Shown: positions 55,688-64,000 of the stretch, piece after piece | How positions within the stretch are numbered: position 1 is the stretch's first letter | Layout of the letters: each line of letters opens with the position of its first letter | Origin: an uncultured Chloroflexia bacterium | GTDB lineage: Bacteria > Chloroflexota > Dormibacteria > Aeolococcales > Aeolococcaceae | Direction of reading: 5' to 3' | Assembly: GCA_963793875.1 (NCBI GenBank) | Contig: CAWCBS010000007.1 | Location: 23,489-87,488 of the forward strand | DNA length: 64,000 nt | Made by a program: the position numbers and the translations under genes | Notes under the pieces: model-generated | What the model saw: the letters and a program-made list of their open reading frames with translations, nothing else | Databases searched by the model: none | Told to the model about the DNA's origin: nothing

Positions 55688-56532
55688 CCACCGTCGTCAA
55701 GGTCGGCGGGAGCCTCGAGGTCGACGAGGCGGGTCCGCTGATCGCCGAGCTGGCCGGCTTCGACTCGCCCCTGGTGATCGTCCACGGCGCCCACCTCCAG
55801 CTCGACCGGCTGGCCACCGCACTCGGCCATCCAGCCCGGATGGTGACCTCGGCGCGCGGCGAGGTGACCCGCTACACCGATCGCCGGACCATGGACCACT
55901 TCCTGATGGCGTACTGCGGGCTGGTCAACAAGCGGTGGGTGGAGGCGCTGCGCCGCGAGGGCGCCGACGCGGTCGGGCTCTCGGCGATGGACGGCGGCAT
56001 CGCGACCGGCCGGCGCCGGCCCGATCTGCGCATCCTCGAGGCCGGCCGCCCCCGGATGCTCCACGGCAACCACGCGGGCGGCATCGAGCGCCTCGACCCC
56101 TCGCTGCTCCGGCTCCTCCTCGACAGCGGACGGCTCCCGGTGCTGAGCCCCCCGGCCATCTCCGACCAGGGCGAGGCGATCAACGTCGACGGTGATCGCC
56201 TGGCGGCGGAGGTGGCCATCGCGGTGGGCGCGGAGCGACTCGTGATCTTGATGAACGTGCCGGGGCTGCTCCGCGACCCCGCCGACCCCTCGACCCTGAT
56301 CCCGCGCCTCGGCCCCGAGCAGATCGAGACCCACCTCCCGCTGGCCCGGGGTCGGGCCAGGGTCAAGCTGCTGGCCGCCCGGCGGGCGCTGGAGGGCGGG
56401 GTGGTCGCGGTCGTCCTGGGCGACGGCCGGGGCGAGATGCCGCTCCGTCGCGTGCTGGAGGGGGCCGGGACCTGGATCAGGGACCGGGAAGGCAGGCCAC
56501 TGGCGTCGCGGGACCGGGACGCGGAAAAATAG
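55684..56532 (+). CDS. lysZ: LysZ, LysW-aminoadipate kinase (ArgB-like)
   Basis: GTG start; TTVVKVGGSLEVDEAGPLIAELAGFDSPLVIVHG...YTDRRTMDHFLMAYCGLVNKRWVEAL...GEAINVDGDRLAAEVAIAVGAERLVILMNVPGLL. Confidence 0.92.
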   Translation: MTTVVKVGGSLEVDEAGPLIAELAGFDSPLVIVHGAHLQLDRLATALGHPARMVTSARGEVTRYTDRRTMDHFLMAYCGLVNKRWVEALRREGADAVGLSAMDGGIATGRRRPDLRILEAGRPRMLHGNHAGGIERLDPSLLRLLLDSGRLPVLSPPAISDQGEAINVDGDRLAAEVAIAVGAERLVILMNVPGLLRDPADPSTLIPRLGPEQIETHLPLARGRARVKLLAARRALEGGVVAVVLGDGRGEMPLRRVLEGAGTWIRDREGRPLASRDRDAEK

Positions 56533-56630
56533 AGGCCTGTGAGCCCACACCCGATCACCCTCGGGGCGGTCGCCCATGACCAGGTCCGCCCCCCCTGCCC
56601 GCCCTGTTCCGGCCGCCCGGGAGGCCCGGC

Positions 56631-58613
56631 ATGACCGGCGACCGCGTCAGCCAGGCCCTCCAGCTGGTGGTCGCAGCGGCGTTCCTCCTGATCGGACTGC
56701 TCGCCCTGCGGGATTGGTGGCGGGGCGGCGAGCGCCGCCGCGGCTACCTGGCGCTGGCCCTGGGCTCGCTGGGGCTGGTGGCCCTCGCCGGCGGGCTGGA
56801 ATCCCTGGTCGGCAACCAGCCCCGCCTCGACGGGCTGCTGCTCGTGCTCTTCATGCTCTCTGCGGCGGGCCTGCTCCTGTACCGGGACTCGGTGCTGCGG
56901 CTGCCCGCCGGGGTGAGCATCCTGGCCGCCATCCTGCTGGTGGGCCCCACCGCCTTCATCCTGGTGGTCGGCATCCCGGCCTCCGCCAACCCGGCCGCCA
57001 CCACGCCGATCCGGAGCGCGGCCCTCGACCTCCTGCTGGTCGTCTGGTGCCTGGCGGTGGCGGAGCCGGCGTACCGGCTCTTCCGCTTCTCGAGCCGCCT
57101 CCCCTTGATCCAGCGGGCCCGGATGCGCTCCCTCGCCGCCGGGTACGCCGGGATCATGATGGTGGTCGTCCTCCTCCTGGTCGCCTACATCGCCGGGGTC
57201 GACAACCGGGTCGGCGTCGCCCTCCAGGCCTGCGCCCTGCTCTGCGTCCCCCCCCTCTACGTCGGCTTCGCCCCGCCGCGATGGCTGCGCAAGCGCTGGC
57301 GCCGGCCGGTGGAGGACCGGCTCCGCCGCGCCACCCACGACCTCCTGCTGTTCAGCCCGGACCGGACCACCCTGGCCAGTCGCGGCCTGGAGTGGGCCAT
57401 CCGGCTGGTGGGGGGAGCCTCCGGCCTGATCGCGGACGCGGGCGGTGACCTGCTGGCCATCGAGGGGCTCTCCGAGACCGAGGCTCGGGAGATCCTCGAG
57501 CTGCCGGAGCTGCGCCTTCCCGGGCACCTGATCCGGATCGGGAGGGGTGGGCGGACCGCGGTCGTGCACCGGCTGGCGGTGAGCTCGGGCACCGGATACC
57601 TGGTGGTGCTCGCCGGCTCGCTCTCGCCCTCCATCGAGGCCGAGGAGGCCGACTGGCTGAGCGGGTACGCCGCCGCCCTCTCGATCGCCCTGGACCGAGT
57701 GCGGGTCTCGGAGCTGCTGGCCCAGACCGCCGACGAGCTGCGCGCCGCCCGGGACATGGCGGAGGCGGCGAGCCGCGCCAAGAGCGAGTTCCTCTCCCGG
57801 GTGAGCCACGAGCTGCGCACCCCGCTCACCTCGATGATCGGCTTCGCCGAGCTGCTCCTCGGTCACCAGCTGAACGCCGAGCAGGAGCGCCACGTCCGCA
57901 CCATCCTGAGGGCGGGCGACCACCTCCTCGGCCTGGTCAACGAGATGCTGGACATCTCGCGGATCGAGGACGGCCGGGTCGCGCTCACCTCGGAGCCGGT
58001 GAGCGTCCAGCAGGTGGTGGCGGAGGTCGTCGACCTCACCCGGCCCATGGCCGGCGAGCTCAACACCAGGGTACGCGTGCCCAGGATCCCGGGATCGCTC
58101 TGGGTCACCGCCGACCGTCAGCGGCTCACCCAGGTCCTGCTCAACCTGGTCACCAACGCTATCAAGTACAACCGCCGGGACGGCCGGGTGGAGATCCGGG
58201 CCACCACCTCGGACGGGCGGTGCCGGGTCTGGGTGCGGGACGGCGGGATGGGACTGCGCCCCGAGGAGGTGGAGCGTCTGTTCACGCCGTTCGAGCGGCT
58301 CTCGGCCGCCGCCTCCGCCGTCGAGGGCACGGGGTTGGGGCTCGCCCTCTCCAAGTCGCTGACCGAGGCGATGGGCGGCAGCATCGGGGTGGAGAGCGTG
58401 CTCGGCAAGGGGAGCACCTTCTGGGTGGAGCTGCCCCGGGCGGCACCGGCCGAGCTGGCGGTCGGCGGGGACGTGGGTCCCGGGATCTCGCTGGCGGGGA
58501 GCGCCGCCGGCGCGAGTGGCGGCATCGACCCTGCCGGCGCGGGTCGCGCCGTGGCTGATGACGCGGCTCCGGAGGGGGCGATGGCCGGGGAGGGGGCCGC
58601 CTCCACGACCTGA
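56631..58613 (+). CDS. membrane sensor histidine kinase
   Basis: Multiple N-terminal TMs; FLSRVSHELRTPLTSMIGFAELLL; NLVTNAIKYNRRDG; GTGLGLALSKSLTEAMGG. Confidence 0.92.
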   Translation: MTGDRVSQALQLVVAAAFLLIGLLALRDWWRGGERRRGYLALALGSLGLVALAGGLESLVGNQPRLDGLLLVLFMLSAAGLLLYRDSVLRLPAGVSILAAILLVGPTAFILVVGIPASANPAATTPIRSAALDLLLVVWCLAVAEPAYRLFRFSSRLPLIQRARMRSLAAGYAGIMMVVVLLLVAYIAGVDNRVGVALQACALLCVPPLYVGFAPPRWLRKRWRRPVEDRLRRATHDLLLFSPDRTTLASRGLEWAIRLVGGASGLIADAGGDLLAIEGLSETEAREILELPELRLPGHLIRIGRGGRTAVVHRLAVSSGTGYLVVLAGSLSPSIEAEEADWLSGYAAALSIALDRVRVSELLAQTADELRAARDMAEAASRAKSEFLSRVSHELRTPLTSMIGFAELLLGHQLNAEQERHVRTILRAGDHLLGLVNEMLDISRIEDGRVALTSEPVSVQQVVAEVVDLTRPMAGELNTRVRVPRIPGSLWVTADRQRLTQVLLNLVTNAIKYNRRDGRVEIRATTSDGRCRVWVRDGGMGLRPEEVERLFTPFERLSAAASAVEGTGLGLALSKSLTEAMGGSIGVESVLGKGSTFWVELPRAAPAELAVGGDVGPGISLAGSAAGASGGIDPAGAGRAVADDAAPEGAMAGEGAASTT

Positions 58614-58632
58614 CGGCCGGCGGAGCGCGGGC

Positions 58633-60147
58633 TCAGGTCGCCCCCGGCAGGGTCCCCGTCTGGGCCATGGTCGCGACCGTCAGCACCAGCACCACGAACA
58701 CGCCGAGCACCAGGGTGCCGGCCGCGCTCACCAGCAGCACCGCGCTCCCGGCCCGCCCGGTGCGGGGCCATGCGTATGCGGGCTGGTCCTCGGCCGGTCG
58801 CTGGAACATGATCAGGGTCACCCGCAGGTAGTAGAAGACCGAGACCGCGCTGGTGGCAATCCCCCAGAGCGCGAGCGCCACGTTGTGGCCCTGGATGGCC
58901 GCGGCGAAGACGAGGAACTTGCCGATGAATCCGGCGGTGGGCGGGAACCCCGCCAGCGAGAGCAGGAAGAAGCCCATCGCCGCCGCCACGTAGGGCCTCC
59001 GGTACCAGAGCCCGCGCAGGTTGTCGTAGCGGTCCAGGTCCTCGCCCCGGCCGCTCATCACCGTGACCACGGCGAAGGCACCGAGGTTGGTGAGCGCGTA
59101 GGCGGCGAGGTAGTAGAGGGCACCCTGGACCCCGAGCGGGGTGCCCGCCCCCACCGCGACCCCGATCAGGATGTAGCCGGCCTGGGCGATCCCCGAGTAG
59201 GCGAGCATCCGCTTGACGCTCGTCTGGGTGAGCGCGGCCAGGTTGCCGATCACCATCGAGAGGATGGCGACGGCGATCACCACCGCGCTCCAGTGGCTGA
59301 CGTAGGAGGCGAAGGTGTCGTCGAAGAGCCGGACCATGACCACGAAGGCGGCCACCTTGGTGGCCACGCTCATGAAGGTGGTCACCGAGGTCGGCGCGCC
59401 CTGGTAGACGTCGGGGGTCCAGGCGTGGAAGGGCGCGGCGCTGACCTTGAAGGCGAGCCCGACGAACACCAGGATGATCCCGCCCACCAGGAGCGGGTCC
59501 ACGGGCACGGAGCGGGTCATGGCGGTGGCGATCTGGGCGAGCTGGGTGTGCCCGGTCTCGCCGTACACCAGCGCCATCCCGAAGAGCAGGAAGGCGGAGG
59601 CAAAGGAGCCGAGCAGCAGGTACTTGACCGCGGCCTCCTGGGAGCGCTCCTCCTGGCGGGAGAAACCGCTCAGGATGTAGAGCGAGATGGAGAGCAGCTC
59701 GACGGCGAGGAAGATGACCATCAGGCTGGTGGCGCCGGCCAGCAGCATCATCCCCGCAGTCGCCGCCATCACCAGCGCGTAGTACTCGCCGTTGTGGAGG
59801 CGGCGCCGGGTGAGGTACCCGGGGCTGATCACGACGGTGAGCAGCGAGGTGACCAGGATCACGCAGTTGGCGAACACCGCCAGCCGGTCGTAGGCGAAGG
59901 CGCCGAAGAAGACGGTGCGGCCGGACGGTCCGGCGTCATACCAGCCCCAGACGCTCACCGCCAGGGCGGCGACCAGCACCGCGCCGCTGAAGACGGCGAG
60001 CCAGGTGCGGCGGGCCGGAGGCACCACCAGGTCGAGCAGCATCAGGGCGACGAAGCCGCCCGCGACGATGATCTCGGGGAGCAGGCCTAGCAGGTCGTGC
60101 CATCCCGGCGTGGCGGTGGCGAGCGGCAGCGCCGCCAGCGCGTTCAC
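58633..60147 (-). CDS. nuoN: NADH-quinone oxidoreductase subunit N
   Basis: AFKVSAAPFHAWTPDVYQGAPTSVTTFMSVATKVAAF; stop/start overlap with nuoM. Confidence 0.93.
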   Translation of the reverse strand: MNALAALPLATATPGWHDLLGLLPEIIVAGGFVALMLLDLVVPPARRTWLAVFSGAVLVAALAVSVWGWYDAGPSGRTVFFGAFAYDRLAVFANCVILVTSLLTVVISPGYLTRRRLHNGEYYALVMAATAGMMLLAGATSLMVIFLAVELLSISLYILSGFSRQEERSQEAAVKYLLLGSFASAFLLFGMALVYGETGHTQLAQIATAMTRSVPVDPLLVGGIILVFVGLAFKVSAAPFHAWTPDVYQGAPTSVTTFMSVATKVAAFVVMVRLFDDTFASYVSHWSAVVIAVAILSMVIGNLAALTQTSVKRMLAYSGIAQAGYILIGVAVGAGTPLGVQGALYYLAAYALTNLGAFAVVTVMSGRGEDLDRYDNLRGLWYRRPYVAAAMGFFLLSLAGFPPTAGFIGKFLVFAAAIQGHNVALALWGIATSAVSVFYYLRVTLIMFQRPAEDQPAYAWPRTGRAGSAVLLVSAAGTLVLGVFVVLVLTVATMAQTGTLPGAT

Positions 60148-61742
60148 GGCGTGGCCCCCGGCGAGGGGCCGATCGCCGCCACCGGTGGCATGGTGGTGAC
60201 CCCGCTGGCGTCGGCCAGGCTCACGTAGCCCGGCACCGCCTGCGCGGTGACCGCGCCGACCGGGTGCGGGAAGACCCCGAGGAAGACGATCAGCGCGGCG
60301 AGCGGCGCCAGCACCAGGCCGTCGCGCAGGCGCAGGTCGCTCACCCTCTCGGTGCCCGGCCTGACCGGCCCGTGCATGATCCCCTGGTGCATGCGGAGCA
60401 TGTACCAGCTGGCGAGCAGCACGCCCATCCCGGCGAGCACCGCCAGCAGCCAGAAGTACTGGAAGGCCCCCAGCATGATGGTGATCTCACCGACGAAGCC
60501 GTTGGTCCCGGGCAGCCCGAGGCTGCCCAGGGTGATCACCATGAAGAGGAAGTAGAGCCAGGGCATCCGCTTCTCGAGCCCGCCCAGCTCGCGGATGTCG
60601 CGGGTCCCGGTGCGAGCCTCCACCACCCCGACCACCAGGAAGAGCCCGGCGATGATGATGCCGTGGTTGACGATCTGGATCACCGCCCCGTTGATCCCGT
60701 TCTGATCGAGGCTGAAGATGCCGAGCGCGATGAAGCTGAGGTGGGAGAGGCTGGCGTAGGCGACGATCCGCTTGAGGTCGGTCTGGCTCAGGGCCATCAG
60801 CGCCCCGTAGAGGATGCCGAGGACGGCCAGTGCCACCAGCAGCGGCTGGAGCTGGTGGGCCTGAGGTCCGAAGAGGGTGATCGCGTAGCGGATGAAGCCG
60901 TACGCCCCCATCTTGCTGACCACCCCGGCGAAGAACACCAGGGCCGGGGTCGGCGCCGACTCGTAGAGGTCGGGCAGCCAGGTGTGGAAGGGAACGAGCG
61001 GCAGCTTGATCGCGAAGGCGAGCGCGAAGGCGAGGAAAGCGAACATCGCCGGGGTGAGGGTCGGCACCGTGGTGAAGGGCAGTGGCACCCCGCTCTGGGC
61101 CGGCGTGGGGGTGGCGAGCAGCACCTCCAGGTCGAAGCTGTTGTGCCCCGCGGCGAGGGCCTGGAAGTGCAGGTAGATGATGGCGAGCAGCATCAGCAGG
61201 CTGCCGGCCACGGTATAGATGACGAACTTGAGCGTGGCTCGGCCCCGGTTCTCGTTGCCGTAGAAGGCGAGCAGGAAGTAGAGGGGGATCAGCATCCCCT
61301 CCCAGAAGAGGTAGAAGAGGAGCACGTCGAGGCTGACCAGGACCCCGGTGGTGGCCGCCTCGGCGAGCAGCAGCAGGCCGCAGAAGAGCTTCATCCGCTC
61401 GGTGGAGCGGCGCGGCACCACCACCGCGCCGAGCAGGAAGACACCGGCGTTGAGGGCGAGGATCCAGGCCGAGACGCCGTCCACGCCGAGGTGGTACGAG
61501 GCGCCGACGGCGGGTATCCAGCCGGCCTGCTCGACGAGGTGCATCGGCAGCGGCCCGCCGCCGTCGGCAGCGCCAGTCGCCACCGCGGAGACGATCATCC
61601 CGACTAGCACCGCCTCCACCGTCGCGAAGGCGACGGTGACGGCCTTGATCGCGCCGGCGGCCCGACCCGGGATGACCTGGAGCACCATGGCCCCGGCGAC
61701 CGGGAGCACGACCGCGGCGGTGAGCCAGGGGAACCCGCTCAT
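60144..61742 (-). CDS. nuoM: NADH-quinone oxidoreductase subunit M
   Basis: FAIKLPLVPFHTWLPDLYESAPTPALVFFAGVVSKMGAYGFIRYAITLFG. Confidence 0.95.
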   Translation of the reverse strand: MSGFPWLTAAVVLPVAGAMVLQVIPGRAAGAIKAVTVAFATVEAVLVGMIVSAVATGAADGGGPLPMHLVEQAGWIPAVGASYHLGVDGVSAWILALNAGVFLLGAVVVPRRSTERMKLFCGLLLLAEAATTGVLVSLDVLLFYLFWEGMLIPLYFLLAFYGNENRGRATLKFVIYTVAGSLLMLLAIIYLHFQALAAGHNSFDLEVLLATPTPAQSGVPLPFTTVPTLTPAMFAFLAFALAFAIKLPLVPFHTWLPDLYESAPTPALVFFAGVVSKMGAYGFIRYAITLFGPQAHQLQPLLVALAVLGILYGALMALSQTDLKRIVAYASLSHLSFIALGIFSLDQNGINGAVIQIVNHGIIIAGLFLVVGVVEARTGTRDIRELGGLEKRMPWLYFLFMVITLGSLGLPGTNGFVGEITIMLGAFQYFWLLAVLAGMGVLLASWYMLRMHQGIMHGPVRPGTERVSDLRLRDGLVLAPLAALIVFLGVFPHPVGAVTAQAVPGYVSLADASGVTTMPPVAAIGPSPGATP

Positions 61743-61770
61743 GCCGGCTGCCTCACGACGGTCGTGGGGG

Positions 61771-63777
61771 TCATTTCGCGATCCCCGCGGCCACCATCAC
61801 GGCGATGGTGAAGATCAGCACGAAGAGCACCATGTAGGAGGCGTAGTCGCGGATCAGCCCCGTCTGAGCGCTCCGGAAGGCGGCGCTGAAGTCGGTGGCG
61901 ACGCCGGAGACGCCCTTGATCCAGCTGTCCATCACCGGGTCTCCGACCCGGCGCAGCCCGCGAGCCAGGGCCCGGGTGGGCCGGACCAGGAGGGCGTCGT
62001 AGAGCTCGTCGAAGTACAGCTTGTGGAAGGAGAGCCGGGGCAGCAGGCGCAGCCCGGGGCGGGCCAGGGCGCGCGAGGGGTCGAGGTCGCGGCGCACCCA
62101 GATCCGGAGCGCGAGCCCGATCCCGATCAGGCTGCAGACCAGGCCGATGAAGAAGCCGATCAGCCCCAGGCCGGTGTTCGGCTCCTTGGCGATCGCGCTC
62201 CCGGCGCTCGTGAAGACCGGGTTGAGGAAGGCGTCGATGAGGTGGGGGCCGAAGGCGACCGGCCACTGCAGCGCCCAGCCCGCGAGCGCCGAGAGACCGG
62301 CCAGGATGACCACGGGCCACAGCATCACCGAGCGGGCCTCGTGCGCCTCGCGGGCACGGTCGGAGTTCGGCTCGCCCCGGAAGACCCGGCCGTAGAGACG
62401 GAAGGCGTAGAGGCCGGTGAGCACGTTGACGCCGATGCCGACGATGTAGAGCGCCGGTGAGCCGGGGCCGTTGATCAGGCCGAAGCCGAGCAGGTCCTCC
62501 TTGGAGAACATGCCCGCAAAGAGGAAGCCGGCCAGGGCCAGCGAGCCGACCAGGAAGCTCCAGGCGGTGACCCGCATCCGGGAGTCGAGGCCGCCCATCT
62601 CGCGGATGTCCTGCTCGTCGTGGACGGCGTGGATCACGTTGCCGGCGGCGAGGAAGAGGAGCGCCTTGAAGAAGGCGTGGAGCAGGAACTGGTACATCCC
62701 GGCGGCGTAGGCGCCGATCCCCACCGCGAAGATCATCAGCCCGATCTGGGACATCGTGGAGTAGGCGATCACCCGCTTGATGTCGATCTGGGAGAGGGCG
62801 ATGAAGCCGGCCATGACCGCCGTGCCCATGCCCACGCAGGCGACCATCCCCGAGGCGATCGGTGCCAGGTCGAAGAGGGCGTGGAAGCGGGCGATCAGGT
62901 AGACGCCGGCGGTCACCATGGTGGCGGCGTGGATCAGGGCCGAGACCGGGGTGGGGCCCTCCATGGCGTCGGGCAGCCAGGTGTGGAGGGGGAACTGGGC
63001 GCTCTTGGCGAAGGCCGCGACCGCCAGCAGAATGCAGATCAGGGTGATCAGTGGGCTGCCCGCGCCCAGCGAGGAGGCGTGGGCGAAGATCTGGGGCAGG
63101 CTCAGGGTGTGCAGGGCCTGGACTTCCTCCCCGCACCCGGAGCTGGGCGGACAAACCGGAACCACCGCAGTCAGGTTGACGAAGATCAGGAAGCCGGCGA
63201 TCACCAGGGCCACGTCGCCGATCACCTGGGTGATGAACGCCTTGCGGGCGGCCAGCACCGCGCTCTCACGCGCGTACCAGAAGCCGATCAGCAGGTAGCT
63301 GGAGAGCGCCACCGCCGCCCAGCCGATGATCAGGATCACCAGGTTGGCGGCCAGCACCAGCAGGGCCATCGAGAAGATGAAGAAGTTCATGTAGCTGAAG
63401 AAGCGCGCCACCCCCTCGTCGTGCTCCATGTAGCCGACCGAGTAGACGTGGATCAGCAGCCCCACCCCGGTGATGACCAGCAGCATCAGCACCGAGAGCG
63501 GGTCGACGGTGACGTCGACCGAGACATTGAGGTTGCCCGAGCCGAGGTTGAGCCAGTTCCAGAGGGTCGCGGTCGTCGACTGATGACCCGAGGCCGCGCC
63601 CAGGACCTCCACGAAGATGACCAGGGTGACCACGAAGGCGGCCCCGATCGAGAGGGTGCCGGCGAGGTTGACGAAGCGGCGGCCGAGCACCGGCCCGAGC
63701 AGTCCGCAGAGCGCGCTGCCCAGGAGCGGGAAGAGCAGCACCAGCCCGGCGAGCAGGGCGGCGGTCGAGGTGCTCAT
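61771..63777 (-). CDS. nuoL: NADH-quinone oxidoreductase subunit L
   Basis: AKSAQFPLHTWLPDAMEGPTPVSALIHAATMVTAGVYLIARFHALF. Confidence 0.96.
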   Translation of the reverse strand: MSTSTAALLAGLVLLFPLLGSALCGLLGPVLGRRFVNLAGTLSIGAAFVVTLVIFVEVLGAASGHQSTTATLWNWLNLGSGNLNVSVDVTVDPLSVLMLLVITGVGLLIHVYSVGYMEHDEGVARFFSYMNFFIFSMALLVLAANLVILIIGWAAVALSSYLLIGFWYARESAVLAARKAFITQVIGDVALVIAGFLIFVNLTAVVPVCPPSSGCGEEVQALHTLSLPQIFAHASSLGAGSPLITLICILLAVAAFAKSAQFPLHTWLPDAMEGPTPVSALIHAATMVTAGVYLIARFHALFDLAPIASGMVACVGMGTAVMAGFIALSQIDIKRVIAYSTMSQIGLMIFAVGIGAYAAGMYQFLLHAFFKALLFLAAGNVIHAVHDEQDIREMGGLDSRMRVTAWSFLVGSLALAGFLFAGMFSKEDLLGFGLINGPGSPALYIVGIGVNVLTGLYAFRLYGRVFRGEPNSDRAREAHEARSVMLWPVVILAGLSALAGWALQWPVAFGPHLIDAFLNPVFTSAGSAIAKEPNTGLGLIGFFIGLVCSLIGIGLALRIWVRRDLDPSRALARPGLRLLPRLSFHKLYFDELYDALLVRPTRALARGLRRVGDPVMDSWIKGVSGVATDFSAAFRSAQTGLIRDYASYMVLFVLIFTIAVMVAAGIAK

Positions 63778-63790
63778 CGGCGCGTCGCCC

Positions 63791-64000
63791 TCATCGCTTC
63801 ATCTCATCGAGGTCGTCGACGTCCAGCTCTCGGCCGATGCTGAAGACCCGGGTCAGCAGCCCGAGCCCGACCACCACCTCGGCGGCGGCCACCACGATCA
63901 CCATGAAGGCGAAGACCTGCCCCTCCTCGCTGCTGAGGAAGTTGGAGTAGCCGACCAGGGCCAGGTTGACCGCGTTGAGCATCAGCTCGATGCACATGAA
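63791..64000 (-). CDS. nuoK: NADH-quinone oxidoreductase subunit K (partial, runs off window)
   Basis: CIELMLNAVNLALVGYSNFLSSEEGQVFAFMVIVVAAAEVVVGLGLLTRVF. Confidence 0.93.
   Translation of the reverse strand, partial: FMCIELMLNAVNLALVGYSNFLSSEEGQVFAFMVIVVAAAEVVVGLGLLTRVFSIGRELDVDDLDEMKR

Overview
This is a GC-rich bacterial chromosomal window with two zones. From about 1 to 14 kb there is an accreted mobile or decaying island. It holds an IS1380-family element (4-bp CTAG duplication), an IS21-family element nested inside an IS30-family element, a transposase stub, several truncated genes, a Fic protein next to a decayed HigBA-like locus, four copies of an unrecognised ~110-135 bp dispersed repeat, and three 43-nt tRNA 3' halves that all begin at the anticodon loop. 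From about 14 to 64 kb the content is mostly conventional. It includes an APC permease and a class III aminotransferase, an ECF sigma factor with its partner and a shared upstream motif, signalling proteins (EAL-GAF-GGDEF, a LacI-type sensor fused to a histidine kinase, Crp/Fnr, MerR), tad-like pilus genes, and an almost complete LysW-dependent alpha-aminoadipate lysine cluster (leuB/hicdh-like, homocitrate synthase, hacA, hacB, lysW, lysX, lysK, lysY, lysZ). The window ends in nuoN, nuoM, nuoL and partial nuoK. The two observations I rank highest are a putative transcription attenuator upstream of the lysine cluster and the dispersed repeat / tRNA-half system. The attenuator consists of a sigma70-like promoter, an apparently leaderless 25-codon ORF with four Lys codons, and a strong intrinsic terminator. 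All calls come from reading the sequence and the supplied ORF translations; no searches were run.
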